Assembly: GCA_024137785.1 (NCBI GenBank)
Contig: JAHRHZ010000046.1
Span: forward strand, 7,504,024 to 7,568,023
From: Ginglymostoma cirratum
Taxonomy: Eukaryota
DNA: 64,000 nucleotides
Direction of reading: 5' to 3'
The notes beneath the pieces are model-generated. The model worked only from the letters and a program-made list of their open reading frames with translations, searched no databases and was not told the origin of the DNA. Every line of letters begins with the position of its first letter. Positions within the stretch are counted from its first letter, which is position 1. Positions 1-12,850 of this stretch are shown here, one piece after another. The position numbers were made by a program, and so were the translations under genes.

Positions 1-482
1 GGTCCAAATTGTCCCTGCTCACCAGGTATCTTAAATTGAACTAAGCCCATTTGCCTGCATTTGGCCAATATCTCACTTAAACCTTTCCTATTCATGTACC
101 CAATCAAATGTCTTTTAAATGTTATAATTGTACCCACCTGTACCACTTCCTCTGGCTGCTTATTCCATACATGCATCAACCTCTGTGTGAAAACATTGTC
201 CCTCAGGCCCATTTTAAATCTTTCCCCCCTCACCTTAAACCCCACCCTGGGAAAAATACCTTGGCTATTCACCTTATCTGTGCTGCTCATGATTTTATAA
301 ACTTCTATAAGGTCACTCCTCAGCCTCCAGGGAAAAAAATCCTAGCCTATCCAGCCTCTCCCTATAACTCAAACCTTCCAGTCCTGGCAACATCCGTGTA
401 AATTTTTTCTGCACCCTTTCCAGTTTAACAACATCCTTCTTAATACAGAGTGACCAGAATTGTATGCAATATTCTAAAAGTA
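1..482 (-). mobile_element. CR1/HER1-like LINE 3' fragment in a TAF3 intron
   Basis: Reverse complement matches the 3' part of the + strand LINE at 12851-13715 (e.g. gaggaagtggt...ttaaaagacatt...gggtacatgaatagga...ggccaaatgc). Confidence 0.8.
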
Positions 483-933
483 GCATTATCGTTTGTATTT
501 GGACATCACGCTATTCTTATTGACTGTTGTTGACTACATTTCTCAAGTCATCATTCTGTGTAGATCCCATCAGATGTACACTTGTACTTTAGTGAACATG
601 CGCAGGAACCTTGGCAATTTTTCTTTGCTCTTTGTTCCTCGCACCAGGTTAGGTTAGGAACTATTTATTTCACTGTTAAACGGACCAATGTTTTCATGTC
701 CATGTCAAATTCCCTTACAGAGTACCTGCCATTCCTACAACCTCTCAATCATATAGCATCTTTATTTTTTTGAAACTCTGTGAAACTAGGATCAAAGGTC
801 GTGTTTATTATATGCAGTATGTGAATGGCAAATTTGATACCAAATATAGTACAGTGAGCAAATTTATCCATTTAATTGTTAGACAGTTATCTCAAAACAA
901 TGTTGTCTTTGCTTCTTCCCTGCCCCCTGACAG

Positions 934-1040
934 ATCCGAGATGAATGGGGAAATCAAATTTGGATTTGTCCTGGCTGCAACAAGCCGGATGATGGCAGCC
1001 CAATGATTGGGTGTGATGACTGTGATGACTGGTACCATTG
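934..1040 (+). CDS. TAF3: TAF3 penultimate coding exon (PHD finger, N-terminal half)
   Basis: Polypyrimidine tract plus cag| acceptor at 931-933, and |gtaag donor at 1041. The 107 nt translate to IRDEWGNQIWICPGCNKPDDGSPMIGCDDCDDWYH+TG, matching the vertebrate TAF3 PHD finger. This frame is absent from the ORF track. Confidence 0.97.
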
Positions 1041-2931
1041 GTAAGAAATCTTTTGCCTTGAATTTCTTGAATATCTGTGAAATGGTTGAAATAACGAACA
1101 GTCACCGTAAACCCACTGTGCTGTATTGAAGAGAACACAGCAGCACAAGAGAGCATGTGTTCATGCTGAATAATTACAGTAAATCTTATAGTCAAAAATG
1201 AGTCAAAGTTAAACAACAGTCCTTCTTATGTTTGTTTTCAGAACATTTTTGAAATGTGGCAATAGCTGACCAATTACATCAGAATAATAATGTACTGTGC
1301 CCTTAATTTGTTTGGGTAGTAGTTTGTGATTACAGTCAGCACTTTGCAACATGTTGTGGGGAAGGCAACTGTTTCTCCACCTGAGAAAAGCACAGGTGTG
1401 GAGACGGAAAGAAACTTGAAGCCAAGTTGGCACAAGAGCACTATTATTGTGAACCTTCTGGTGGTCATCTCCAGAGGACCCGTACCCAGATCCAAGGAAA
1501 AATTGCCTGCTGTCTCCACCAGTAGACTTGGAGGAAGCATGATTTGAATTAGAAGGTGGGAAAGAATTAGGACAAAGTAAAAACATTCCAAAGAAACAAT
1601 TCAATACATGAAGCCAGCTTCAAAATGCTTACAAAATATTACAGTGGTTGCAAGTTGTATTAATGATCTTCTGATAATCCCCAATCTGCCTTTGACAACA
1701 TTTTTCGTAAATCTCTTAAAATATGGTTTCACTTTATTTCTCTGCACTACTTTTATCATCATTTATAAATATACCTTTTGACTTTCCCAAGTGAAGGTTT
1801 TTTATCGTGACTTTTACAATATATTAATGTTTGACCTTACTGAAGCCCAATTTCAGGAAGGCAAATAACATCATGTGATCAAGTTTGAGCTCAAGCAGAG
1901 CCATAATCCAACACTTGATGTTAAAGGCACCAAAAGCTTGACCTACCTCCAGGATTAGTTTCACATTACTTGCTTGTGTGATGCCTCAGGTGTTCAGCCA
2001 TTTAAATGCAACATATTTTAAGGTTTTACAGCTGCTACAAATTTCATCAATTTACTTTCAATTTGTTGAACCATAATTTCCTAGGAAGTAAAAGTAATGG
2101 TAAGGCAAATGACACACACTGTTATTTATAGGCTTATGTTACAGCAACTTCAGGCAAATGGATCTGTGGTTAAATGTGAACCTCCCGATGTTACTCTTAC
2201 TATTGCATGGTTCTATAGTTAGCTTTGAAAATTGGCATCTTGACCTTGCATCTCTTTTTCTTGTTTTGTTGGCCCATGTATGCTCAATAAAGTCACTGCA
2301 GCAAGTTAAGTCTTAGCATCACCCTTCTGTCAGTTAAACATTAATGATTTATAGTCAACTCCTCTGATACTGAAAAATAAGTATTGCAAGTGTTTCGGAG
2401 TTTAAAATCTTTTAAAATATCAAATGTAAAATTTTAGTTTTCTTTGATCCCTCTCTCAGTCCACCAACTTGCCTTTTTTTTTCTTTTGCTAATTTGGCAC
2501 CGGATTCGACTTTTATTAATTCACCCTACTTTGCATGCCTTTCAGAGTTTATTTCACAGTCATTAAATCTGTTTAGTTGAGGATGATATTCCGCGGATTG
2601 ATCTATTCACATGTCTCAGATCTTCCCTTGCTGTGCCATTTTTAGCTTGTGCTTCTAGCAATTTTGCAACAAATATTTTTGAATGGAAGGACGTAGTCGT
2701 TATCTTCCCAACAGAAGATAATTTTCAATGCTCTACTGCAGCAAACTCTGGCCCATACTTTAGGAGCATTGCAGTGATCAACAGTGAAGTTAATTTCTGC
2801 TGTGTTCTTCAATATGCCTGACATTTATGTTTGTTGATCGGCTGGTGCATTTTTTTTTTAAAAAATGAAAGGCGTGAATTGTTCACTTCTTGAAACCTTA
2901 GCTTACCGGATATTTATTTTATCTTTATCAG

Positions 2932-3046
2932 GCCTTGTGTTGGGATTTCTGCTGCACCACCAGATGAAGTCCAATGGTTCTGCCCGAAGTGCATCAATAA
3001 GAAGAAGGAGAAGAAACACAAGAGAAAGAAATCTCGAGCACATTAA
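2932..3046 (+). CDS. TAF3: TAF3 last coding exon (PHD finger C-terminal half, basic tail, stop)
   Basis: ttttatctttatcag| acceptor; the first G completes the split Trp codon (TG+G). Reads PCVGISAAPPDEVQWFCPKCINKKKEKKHKRKKSRAH* with TAA at 3044-3046, matching the TAF3 C-terminus. Confidence 0.97.
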
Positions 3047-3495
3047 GAGGCTTTTCGAACTATGTTCCTTTTTTTTATATAGATTTCTCCTTTTTATTTT
3101 CAGTTTTTGAATGGGCCGCAATGGTAGTGAACTACATAAAAACAAAAAATAACTAATGCAGTGTGAGACTTGATTTACTATCTTTATACAATGCAGAAAA
3201 TGTAAAATTGCTTATAGATCCCACCTATTTCCAAGAAAAGGCTAGAGAATTAAACCCGTTGTTAGCCATTTTGTGTAATTAATTGTATACTTTTAAAATG
3301 AAAGTTTGTATTATATATCACAATCATTTTTTGCATTCTATATGGACTTGTCATCATATAGTTAAGCTTGTAATATATTTTATCTTCTCTGCTTAGAACT
3401 CTCATTGCTTTAATGAACAGTGGCATGGTGATTGTAACCAAAATGATGGATTGGTACAGTTTATTAAGAGAATAAATTACATTTTTTTTTAGAAA
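3047..3495 (+). other. TAF3: TAF3 3' UTR with candidate polyadenylation signal AATAAA (3471-3476)
   Basis: AT-rich, repeat-free sequence after the stop codon; AATAAA followed by T-rich and GT-rich sequence. The cleavage site is inferred. Confidence 0.55.
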
Positions 3496-3699
3496 AGGGG
3501 TGCTGCTTTGGCCATAATATGTTTGTGCTGATTATTAAGGAATATGATGGTTTGTGACAGGCCTTCAACTATTCATATTATATGTGGAAATATTTCTATC
3601 AAAGCTGAAGAACTTCATTTGAAGTTCACCAGGATCTTCCAAGAGAAAAGTAATCAAATAAGTAACTGTAAAATAAAGCGAAAAACATTCTTCATAAGT

Positions 3700-3850
3700 C
3701 GTAGGGTTTGTAAAGTACAAGAGGAAGGATTTGATGTTGGGATGGGATTTATAAAGTACAAGAGGAATAAATTGATGTTGAACTTTTTAGACCTCAGCTG
3801 GAGTATTGTGTACAGTTCTGGGCATCGTTATAGGTTCTTGAATGTGCTGA
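3700..3850 (+). mobile_element. CR1-like LINE fragment
   Basis: agacctcagctggagtattgtgtacagttctgg encodes RPQLEYCVQFW, a conserved CR1 ORF2 C-terminal motif. Confidence 0.65.
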
Positions 3851-3859
3851 TTCCATTAA

Positions 3860-4330
3860 CATGCGTTCAGTTCTACGCTAAAGACATCTACATTGGCTCT
3901 GCTGTATTCATCAGACAAAGTACAGCCATATGCCCACAGCTCTTCTGTATGGTGAACTGACCACTGTGCCACAACCATAGGGTCTGTTTCCATGCTGTGT
4001 TACTCTCTAACCTACTGGATGTCCATATCTCTGCTTTAAGGACGTTGGCCAATGAGTTATAAGATGGCAAATTTTGAATTGGACAACGCAAAGCTAGTTA
4101 CCATTATTCATGACCTTTGTAAGCTGATTGAGGAGGCATTGGATGTGGAGAGGTGAAAAGGAAAGCTCAGCTGGCTGAAAGAAAGGCCCAGAGAAAACAA
4201 GGCAACAAATCCTGCACCTCCCCATTCCCTCTGTTTTCATCTGCAAGAAATGCAGCAGCTAACAGCCATAACAGCATGTGTTCCTGAACCTTGTCAAGCA
4301 ATGTTTAATATAGTGTTGCCTCCTAGGTAT
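3860..4330 (+). mobile_element. RTE-clade LINE 3' remnant (degenerate)
   Basis: Frameshifted pieces read LR*RHLHWL...LLYGEL...FICKKC, resembling the RTE ORF C-terminus (RLRWLGH...LLYGEL...zinc finger). Confidence 0.6.
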
Positions 4331-4357
4331 AAACCAAAATGTCACTGAAACAGAAGT

Positions 4358-4712
4358 GGGGAGGTGATGGCATTGTGGTATTAATGCTGGACTGTTAATC
4401 CAGAGATCCCAATAACATTCTGGGGACCCGTGCTCGAATCCTGCCAACCCTGGTGGTGGAATTTGAATTCAATAAATATTTGGAATTAAGAATCTAATGA
4501 TGACCATAAATCCATTGCCGATTGTCAGGAAAACCCCATCTGGTTCACTAATGTCCTTTAGGGAAGGAAACTGCCATCCTTACCTGGTCTGACCTACATA
4601 TGACTCCAGACCCACAGCATTGTGGTTGACTCTTAACGCCCTCTGGGCAATTAGGAATGGGCAATAAATGCTGCCTGGTCAGTGATGCCCTCATCCTGTG
4701 AATGAATAAAGA
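4358..4712 (+). mobile_element. tRNA-derived SINE with L2-type 3' tail
   Basis: A-box-like tggcattgtgg, B-box-like gctcgaatcc and tail gggcaataaatgctgcc...gaatgaataaa. Related minus-strand copies lie at ~10075-10190, ~14910-15250 and ~16345-16560. Confidence 0.75.
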
Positions 4713-4737
4713 AGGCCGCTGGAGAAGAAATTCACCA

Positions 4738-5280
4738 ACAGCAACTTGTATTTGTTAAACCATTAATGCAATATACTGTTCTAAGATGTTTCACAAGAGT
4801 GTTATTCATGAAAAAAAATAGATTTCAAGCTCGCATGAAATTATATTATAGCAGATGACCAAAAGCTTGGTCAAAGTGAGGTGGATTTGAAACAGCATCA
4901 TAAAGGAGGAGAAATAACTAGAGATTCAGAGAAGTGAATGGAGCGAATTAAAGAACAGCAGTTGAAAGTGCAGCTGCCAATGGTGAAATGATGAAAATTT
5001 GAGATGCGCAAGACGCCAGAATCAAAGGAGTCTGGACACCTTAGAAGGTTGTGGGCTGGATAAGGTTTCACAGCTAGGGAGGGATGAGACCAAACTTTAA
5101 AACCAGGCTGGGAATTTTAAGAGCAAGCATTGCTTTAACATGAACCTGTGTAGGCTAGCAAGCACAGTAGTGATGGTTAAGTGGAATCTAGGGTAAGGAA
5201 GGACAAAGTTTTCAACAAGCTCAAGTTTACGGAGGCCTCCAGATGTGAGACCAGCCAGAAGTGTATTGGTGCTATCAAAT
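4738..5280 (-). mobile_element. L2-like LINE 3' fragment
   Basis: Begins with a reverse-complement L2-type tail (caacagcaacttgtattt) followed by purine-rich sequence similar to 6070-6500. Confidence 0.5.
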
Positions 5281-6069
5281 TCCTTTTTTTTTTTTTTTGG
5301 TGTGTGTGCTGCAATGGCTAATTTTGGATGAACTGTGCTGAAAAAAGAACAAAAAAGCAGGAAGTTCAAGCCCTAACCTTTATTCTGGTTGAGGCTGGTT
5401 ATTGGCAACTTTTGGGCTGGTTCATTTGGAAGCATTGCACCCAATTTTGTGAAGTTAATTAACTAGCATTGCTTCAGTTGCAGATTTCCATGAAGTATTT
5501 AGTAGTGGGAGCAGATAATTGTATGTACATGAAATGTAAAAACAAGGCTGTTGAAAGGGCAAGGATTCAGAGAGCACTTAACAGCCTTTTCTAAGGCTGT
5601 ATATGGAAAGTTGTTTTAAAAAGTGACAGTGAAGAAAATGCAAGTAAGGTGCATGAAAAGTGCATTTGTTCTAAACAAGATCCAAGACATAGTTGAATCG
5701 TTACAGATTCTAGTTCCAATCTGAGCTGTTTTAAATCACTTTTACTATTGCTGGTTTCCTAGCAACGCTTGACACCCATTTCATTTGGGGCTGTTTTACC
5801 GTTGATGTGCACGTCTGTTCAGCAGTAAATGGCATGGAGACCCATCAGATCCTGCAACAAACAATTAAATGAAGCAGCTGCTGATTTGAGGTTGGAACTT
5901 CCATTACCATGGCCACTGAACACCTAAAATCTGCAGTGGCTGAAAATGGGCAGACCTCCAATGAGGCAACACTGCCTCCCAAATTCTGCTGTGGACCACC
6001 CAGGTTGTACTGCTTCAACACTCCGCTAGCATCAAAACAAAATGTCTAAGCTACCATCTTAACGTCAGC

Positions 6070-7190
6070 ATCAACAAGAACAGCCAGTGTTTATATAGCG
6101 CCTTTAATGTAGCAAAACATTCCAAGGCAAATTGACTAAAAATAACATGGAGCTAAAAAAGAAAGGAAACGCTTGAGAACAGCCATTAAAAGATTAGTAG
6201 AAGGAATGGGTTTTTAAAAAACTGTTAGAGAAGAACTGGGATGTGGAAAAACCAGGGAGAAAATTTCAGATCTCAGCATCAAGGTTGCTGAAAGCACAAC
6301 CACCAACTGGACAAAGGAATTAGATTGTGTACAAAAGACCACAATTGGTGGAATTCAGGTTTTCAGCAAGTTATTGTGCTAGAAAATTTTACGAGGGCAA
6401 GAAACAAAGAACGGATTTAAACAGTGACAGGAATCATTTTAAGTAAAGGTTTGGGGACCAGGGACCCTTGTAGGTCAGGAGCTTAGGGTAGACAGGTGAA
6501 GGACGGACGTATTGTATGTAGTCACCATTGTTTTACTAGATCATTGGGCTGCTCTCTCAGAGGGAGATGACCAGTGATGGTTTAACCTGACAGTCACCAT
6601 ATCTCAGGCAAAGGGAGAGGTTGAGAAGGAAAAGAAACCCCACAGCAACATCAGTCAGTGCAGGAATTGAACCCATAGAATTGGTATGAGTCTGTGCTGC
6701 AAACCAGCCATCCAAGCTAACTGACCCCCTTGGAGAGTAGATGGGCAACAGAAGTTTGAATGAGATGACATTTCTAGTGAGTGGAGAATGGGAAATTGGC
6801 CAAGAGACTTCTGAAAATATCAAGCTCGGAGATAACAAAAGCATACCTTAGTCATTCTTTGAGGCAGGGACATAGATGAACAAAAATACATAGATGAAAA
6901 AGGAGTCTTTTTGATGGGTGGGTGATCAAATTTGGAAACTTGGTAAGAAGATAAATTGGACAGTGAGTTAGTAAATAGCCTAGTCTAACTGGAGTTAAAG
7001 GGGGACGGAATTGGTAATGAGGAGATGGACAACGGTGGGGGAACACTTTGTGCCTCTGTTCCACTCGTCTTGGGTGAAAAGCGTTCTCTGTCTATCAGGT
7101 TTGAGGACTCTATGTGAAATCCAATTCAAACAGTTTCAATCCAGCTCCAAAAGATTTTTGAGCCATGCGACTTGGAACAGATTGATGAAT
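6070..7190 (-). mobile_element. L2-like LINE fragment interrupted by a SINE
   Basis: tttatatagcgcctttaatgtagcaaaacattccaagg is the reverse complement of an L2-type 3' end; purine-rich body; parallels 4738-5280. Confidence 0.5.
6520..6730 (-). mobile_element. tRNA-derived SINE (second copy at 24855-25060)
   Basis: Shares gggctgctctctca...gagatgac...ggtttaa.ctga...gtcacc...gagaagg...agtgca.gaattg with 24855-25060; ggaattgaaccc is a reverse B-box. Confidence 0.65.
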
Positions 7191-7529
7191 TGAAATCACG
7201 TCAATGTTTTTGTTTGTTTTATCCCATGCTCCATCCTTTCATGCACACGGGAAATCGTTTCATGAGGCAGGCGTGCTGGTATATTTTTTATGTGCGCCTT
7301 CTATATGTGTGTGTGCCTACACAGCAAACGTCAGCAGCCTGCTCAGTTAAATAAACCTTACAGCTCAGTTCCAATATATTCTCAAACCACCATCCACACG
7401 TGCATATTTACCCACATGAGGCATTGAGATGAATGCCTAACCAAAAGGCACTGAGATTAACTCTAACCTTTCTATTGTCATTATATTTGATAGTCTCACA
7501 AGAATTAAAAAAAAAACTGAATTTATCAC

Positions 7530-7628
7530 TGAGATATCAAGGTGTAGAGCAGGATGAGCACAGCCGGCCAAGCAGCATCAGAGGAGCAGGAACGCTGACG
7601 TTTCGGTCTGGACCCTTCTTCAGAAACT
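7530..7628 (-). mobile_element. Penelope-like terminal-repeat fragment with minimal hammerhead ribozyme core
   Basis: Reverse complement reads CTGAAGA-agggtccagacc-GAAACGTC followed by a tail shared with 14190-14725 and 15763-15860. Confidence 0.7.
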
Positions 7629-8184
7629 GTCACTGTTGTGTCTAGATTCACTAAATGAAATATTGCAATTAGAAATTAGGTCATTCAAGAGCACAAGAGC
7701 TTTGTGGCCCCATTCAACATCAGACAGAGTTCCAACAGTATGGTTTCAATGCGCAGGACCAAAATTAATCTGATGTTTTTATTGATATGAATTTGTTTGT
7801 TCTATTGATTTCACACCAAAGCATTAAAGTGATGTGCTGCATTTTCTATACTTGCAATAGAGAACCATTCAGTTTAGTGATGCACCAAATGATTTTTGGT
7901 TAAAAGAAAACACTATATTTTAGATAGAAAAAGGTTTATTTGTAAACTGAGAAAGATACAATATTGGAAAATGTAGATCCTGTCTGGTTTTCTTCAGTGT
8001 CTTGTATCCCTACTTGTAACATTGGGACTGATATTATCCTGTTTCTGACAACATTGGAAAATCTTTCCAAGAAAAAGTACACCCTTACAATTAAGAAGCA
8101 CGTGGTACCAAAGGATAGCACATGAATCAATGCTGACTACTAAGCTGCTGATTTAACGGTCTCAGTGATGCCAGTATGCAGAGA

Positions 8185-8580
8185 AATAAAAATGTGCATC
8201 TATATAGCTACGTATCTCTAAAAGCAGCAGAATATTTCTAAGGGCATTGACTGTTGCTATGTCTGCACATGACAACCATTGTTTAAAGAGTAATCTGTCT
8301 TGAAACAGCAATTTAAAAATGATTCACTTATTTGTTCTTATGGCAGTGATTGAGTGGCAAATTTGAGGAAGATTACTAGGAGAATTCTTTTCTTCAAATA
8401 ATGCTGTAGAGTTCTTAATATCTCCCAAAGCCACCAGAAAATGCAGGCCCAAAGGCTAGAACTCTTGAAAATGTAGCATTTTAAAAATTTGCTTTGAAGT
8501 ATCAAAGTCTGTGAAAACTCAACCCCTGGAGTGGGGCTTCCATCTCCAGTCTTCTGCTGCTAAATTGAGACTGAGTTAAA
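8185..8580 (-). mobile_element. Degenerate Deu-domain SINE (SacSINE1-like)
   Basis: Reverse L2-type tail (tgcatctatatagc) and a central segment ggagaattcttttcttcaaataatgc resembling the reverse-complement Deu domain as recalled. Confidence 0.45.
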
Positions 8581-8814
8581 CAATCTTTGCAAGATGAGAT
8601 TATTAAAAGAAAAAATGCAAAAGCTGGTATTGTGCCTCTCTTTCAAAATTGGTGTTCCACAGCATGGTCTCAATGCATCTCATTCACCCTTATTCAATTA
8701 ACTATGGTGTCAAGAATGACCAAACCTTGAAAAAATGGTAAACTGTCTATGAAATCATAAAGGCTTTACACAATTAGCTTATCTCCCTGGCATTGTTCAT
8801 CGGTAAAACAACTC

Positions 8815-8970
8815 ATCTTCAGAAATGAGCAGTTCTGAAGAGTTATATTAGTCTTGAAAGGTCAACTCTGTTTCTCTCTCCACAGATGCTACCGGACCTG
8901 CTGAGCTTCCCCAACAGTTCCTGTTTTCTTTCTTTCAGATTTCCAGCATCCACAGTATTTTAGTTTCATT
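8815..8970 (+). mobile_element. Penelope-derived short repeat arm with degenerate hammerhead core
   Basis: cagttCTGAAGA...GAAAGGTCaactctgtttctctctccacagatgct...ctgctgagc, the same family as 62890-63085. Confidence 0.65.
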
Positions 8971-10574
8971 ATTGTTCGTAGGTAGTCTGGCTTTAGAAAC
9001 CCCGCTTTAAAGTTCCACTTCTAATTAAACTTTATTCAACCTGGTGACTACCTGAGGAATCAGCATCACCTCAACATGATTCAAGACTAATGCAGATGGA
9101 AGCTCTTGTAAATTGGCACTGCTTATAAATCCCTAGCTCTTACAGTAAAAGCAAAGCTACATTGTCAAGATGAAAATAAGTGGGAAATGGCAATGGAAAT
9201 GGATTCTTTCAATTTTAATTTTCTGAATAATGATAGTTACGTGCCAGGTGTGCAACTCTTTTATATACATAGACAAATACACTTCTACAAAAACCAAATA
9301 TTCTTTTTATCTGATGTATATTATAAATAAATAATTAATGCTTAAATGCATTTACGAAAGTAATCCGACCTTCGAGATCAGATATGGATCTGTAGCCTTG
9401 CACTTGCTCTCTATTCTCACTCTCCATTCTCAGTTTGACATAATTTAGACTCTTAATTCCGACTTCAAGCCTTAGGTTTCACTCACAGAGAGGATTTTCA
9501 TTCCAAACTCTTCCATAAAGATGGACCTGTTTGCATTCACCAGTTATTGAAACAGGTAAACTATCTTGAAACAGGGAAACAGGGAAAATATCTTGAGTAG
9601 TACTTTATCTTTTCTAGTACCTGAAAGGTTGTATTAATTTGAGGCTGGGTATTGTATATTTGATGTATCATATTTTTGATGTATTTTGGTGGGAAATGTG
9701 GGGGTTGTTTAAGCTATTTGTTTTCATTCACCCTTGTTAATTATCAGTTTTGCTTTAGTAGATCTTCATGCAAGTTAAGATTTCTAACATCTCATAACAA
9801 ATGTAATTTACAACATCTTGAGTTAGCAAGGAACATTTAATATAGGAACAGCAGTGTACCAGATGGAGAATGATCAGCGTACCCTAGTGAGCAGCTTTAC
9901 AGCATAATGTTTCCTAGTTACCAAGATTATGATCTAATCCAATATGGATAATAAAACAGATAACAAAACTTGCCATCATCCATGTCCTGGGCATGATCCT
10001 TAGAGAGAAGCTCATGACTCTTTCACATACAGTTACCTAATTAGAAATTATGGAGTTAATTTCTTAAAAACATTTTTTTTTATTCATACAGTCTTCGAAT
10101 GTGGGCATCACTGACTGGGCCAGCATTTATTCCCCATACCCAGTTGCCCTTGAGAAGTTGGTAATGAGGTGGTTTCTTGAACCGCCACTGTGAAGTTGCC
10201 CACAAAGACCTATTTATCTTTCTAATGTGGATTTCACCTTCCCTGTTAATTTCACTCTGTCACCCAGTAACAATTATATCACAGTCAGCAAAACACGAAT
10301 CAAATACCACCGGATTTTTCACTGTTAATCTGATACTTTCACTTTTATTTAAAATTTTACAGAAAAAAATTGTTTAAAAAATATTTAATGTTATTTCAGC
10401 TTTGGTCTGTATATGTACCTTTAGTGTACAGCTTCTGTCTGTATATGTATCTTAGTAAATGCTACCTTCGGGGAGTAAGGTAGAATCTGAAAAATCATAC
10501 ACCAGCTATTTATTCAAAAACAGATACAGCGTGAATTTATATCATAATAATGAAATTTGGTATTATCAAAGGAT

Positions 10575-10817
10575 CTCTACCTTGTGGAAACAGGCCATTC
10601 AGCCCAACAAGTCTATACCAACTCTCTGAAGAGCATCCCATCCAGAAACCCTGCATTCCCCATGGATAAACCCCCTGACCTACACATCTTTGGACTGTGG
10701 TAGGAAACTTGAACACCCAGAGAGAACGTGCAAACTCCACACAGACAGTCACCTGTAGCTGGAATTGAACCCAGGTCCCTGGTGTGTGAGGTAGCAGTGC
10801 TAACCAGTGAGCCACCC
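10575..10817 (-). mobile_element. HE1/V-SINE-like tRNA-derived SINE
   Basis: Reverse complement of the 25192-25500 family (gtggctcactggttagcactgct...gggttcaattcc...gactgtctgtgtggagtttgcac). Confidence 0.85.
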
Positions 10818-11094
10818 TTTACACAGATGTAAAATTAGTTTATCAGGCATATTGAAAGTGTTTAGCAGCAATTATGAAATTAGTACTCTGTTAAAAGCTC
10901 AATTACATCTCATTCAAAAAAGTGTAACTTTTCCGAGGGTATCTACAGTAAGACTAATGGTTTAAACAACCACATTTTTATAAATTCCTTGATATCTTCT
11001 TGATTGTAGTTTGCAAAATATTCAATAGGGCACCTCTGGACAAGTGGTGACTACTTCTGGATTTTTATGATAAGCTACACATTTGTAGAATTCA

Positions 11095-11230
11095 AAATAA
11101 AAACAGGAAGTGCTGGAGAAACCCAGCAGGATGGGCCGAGAGAGAAACAGAGTTAATATTTCCAGTCTGGTATAACTTTTCTTCAGAACACACTATTTCC
11201 ATTTCAGAATTCTCCAGTATGTTGCTTTAA
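11095..11230 (-). mobile_element. Penelope-derived short repeat arm
   Basis: gctggagaaacccagcagg...gagagaaacagagttaatatttcc...ttcttcagaac, the reverse orientation of the 8815-8970 family. Confidence 0.6.
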
Positions 11231-12351
11231 ATATTGAGCACACACGTTGCTGTCAATTTCAGAGGAGTGATGACTTCAAAAACTAACAGTTTCATTCTCA
11301 TGACTACTGTGAAATCTAGGATTTTGCTGTGGCAAAACATTTTTTTTTATTTTAGAGAACATATCATCATAAAGTTGATATGCAAAACAGATATGCCAGA
11401 TGTGTGAATGGTGGAAGTTTGATAAGTAATGTTCATAAAGATCAGAAAGAATTAAACAAATCAGCTAGGTGATGGTGAGTAGATTTCAGCGCACACAAAT
11501 TTAGTGAATTAGAAAATACTAAAATTAGACACTGACAAAGACAGAAGGTGAAAAGGGAAAAAATGTAGCTGTGATTATTATTCATTCTCTGGAGGATCTC
11601 AGCTATTATACAATTATTATCTGAAAAGTTAATCAAATATCAAAGTCCATCTTATTGGCAATAAAATTAATCCTGACCTTGTGTTGATCACTGGTGATAC
11701 CATATTTGAAATATTGGCGTGATTTTTTTACAAGTCAGCATTGCTGTTGCAGATCTTCAATAGTTGAGAATATGTGTCAGGAATTCAGGCTGATGAAATT
11801 ATTCCATCAATCGATGTTAAGCACACTGACCTCTGTCCTCTCAATTCCCAAAATGTACTCCTGTTACATGAAGCTCCAAGCTAAAAGCAATAACTTGCAA
11901 CAGCTACAACTTTATAAACTTTACTTTTAAAGGACATTAATGCATTGAATAAGGTATAGGGAACATAAACAGCAATAATGTTATGTCTAGGGTTATTAGT
12001 TATGAGATCAGAATTACAGAACTGAACCTTTTCCAGAGAAATTAGAAAATTGCGATTCAAAACCTAGATAAGTCAAATTTTGAATATAGAACTATAGGAT
12101 GTAATATGAAAATTAACACATCTTATCCATTGACTTAAAATAATTGTGAGAACAAGAAGAGAGATGAGAAACTGTTTTTATGTTGCAATTTTTGATCTGG
12201 AATTCACTATGCTACAGTGGAAGCAAATTTAATCATCATTTCTGAAATAGAAGTTGAATGAATAGTTGGAGGAAGATTGAGGCCTATGGGACAAATTGGA
12301 CAGAACTATCAAAGAGCTGACATAATTGTTAAATGACACTCAGTACTGTAT

Positions 12352-12752
12352 CATAGAAGCATAGAAAATAGGAACAGGAGTAGCCCGTTTGGTCCTTTGA
12401 GCCTGCTCCACTGTTCAATATGATAACAGCTGATCATCCAACTCAATATCCTGTTCCCACTTTCAGCCCATACTCCTTCATCCCTTTAGTCCTAAGAACA
12501 ATATCTATCTCCTCCTTGAAAATATTCAATGATTTGGCCTCCATCACTTTCTGTGGCGGAGAATTCCACAAGGTTACCACTATCCGGATGAAATCTCCTC
12601 ATCTCAGGCCTACATGACCCAACTCATAGTCTTCGACTGTAACCCTGGTTGTGGACTCCTAGGTCTTTGGGAGTATCCTTCCTGTGTTTACCCTGTGTAG
12701 TTCTGTTTGAATTTGTAAGTTTCTTTGAGATCACCCCTCATTCTTCTAACAT
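12352..12752 (-). mobile_element. CR1-like LINE 3' end
   Basis: Starts with a catagaagcatagaa tail; its reverse complement matches the + strand copy at 16620-16795. Confidence 0.75.
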
Positions 12753-12850
12753 TTCATAGTAAACATATTTTAAGGAGTTTTTTTGAAGGAGATGTGGGTT
12801 TGAATCTTTTGCCTAGAAAGCTGAGCTGGCAAAAATGGGGCTAAAATAAT

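Noticed and set aside
770-1216. ORFs 770-1006(+), 887-1216(-) and 954-1148(-)
   Set aside because: They overlap the real TAF3 exon in the wrong frame or strand.
2865-3145. ORFs 2865-3110(+) and 2903-3145(-)
   Set aside because: Shadow frames of the TAF3 last exon; the true frame stops at 3046.
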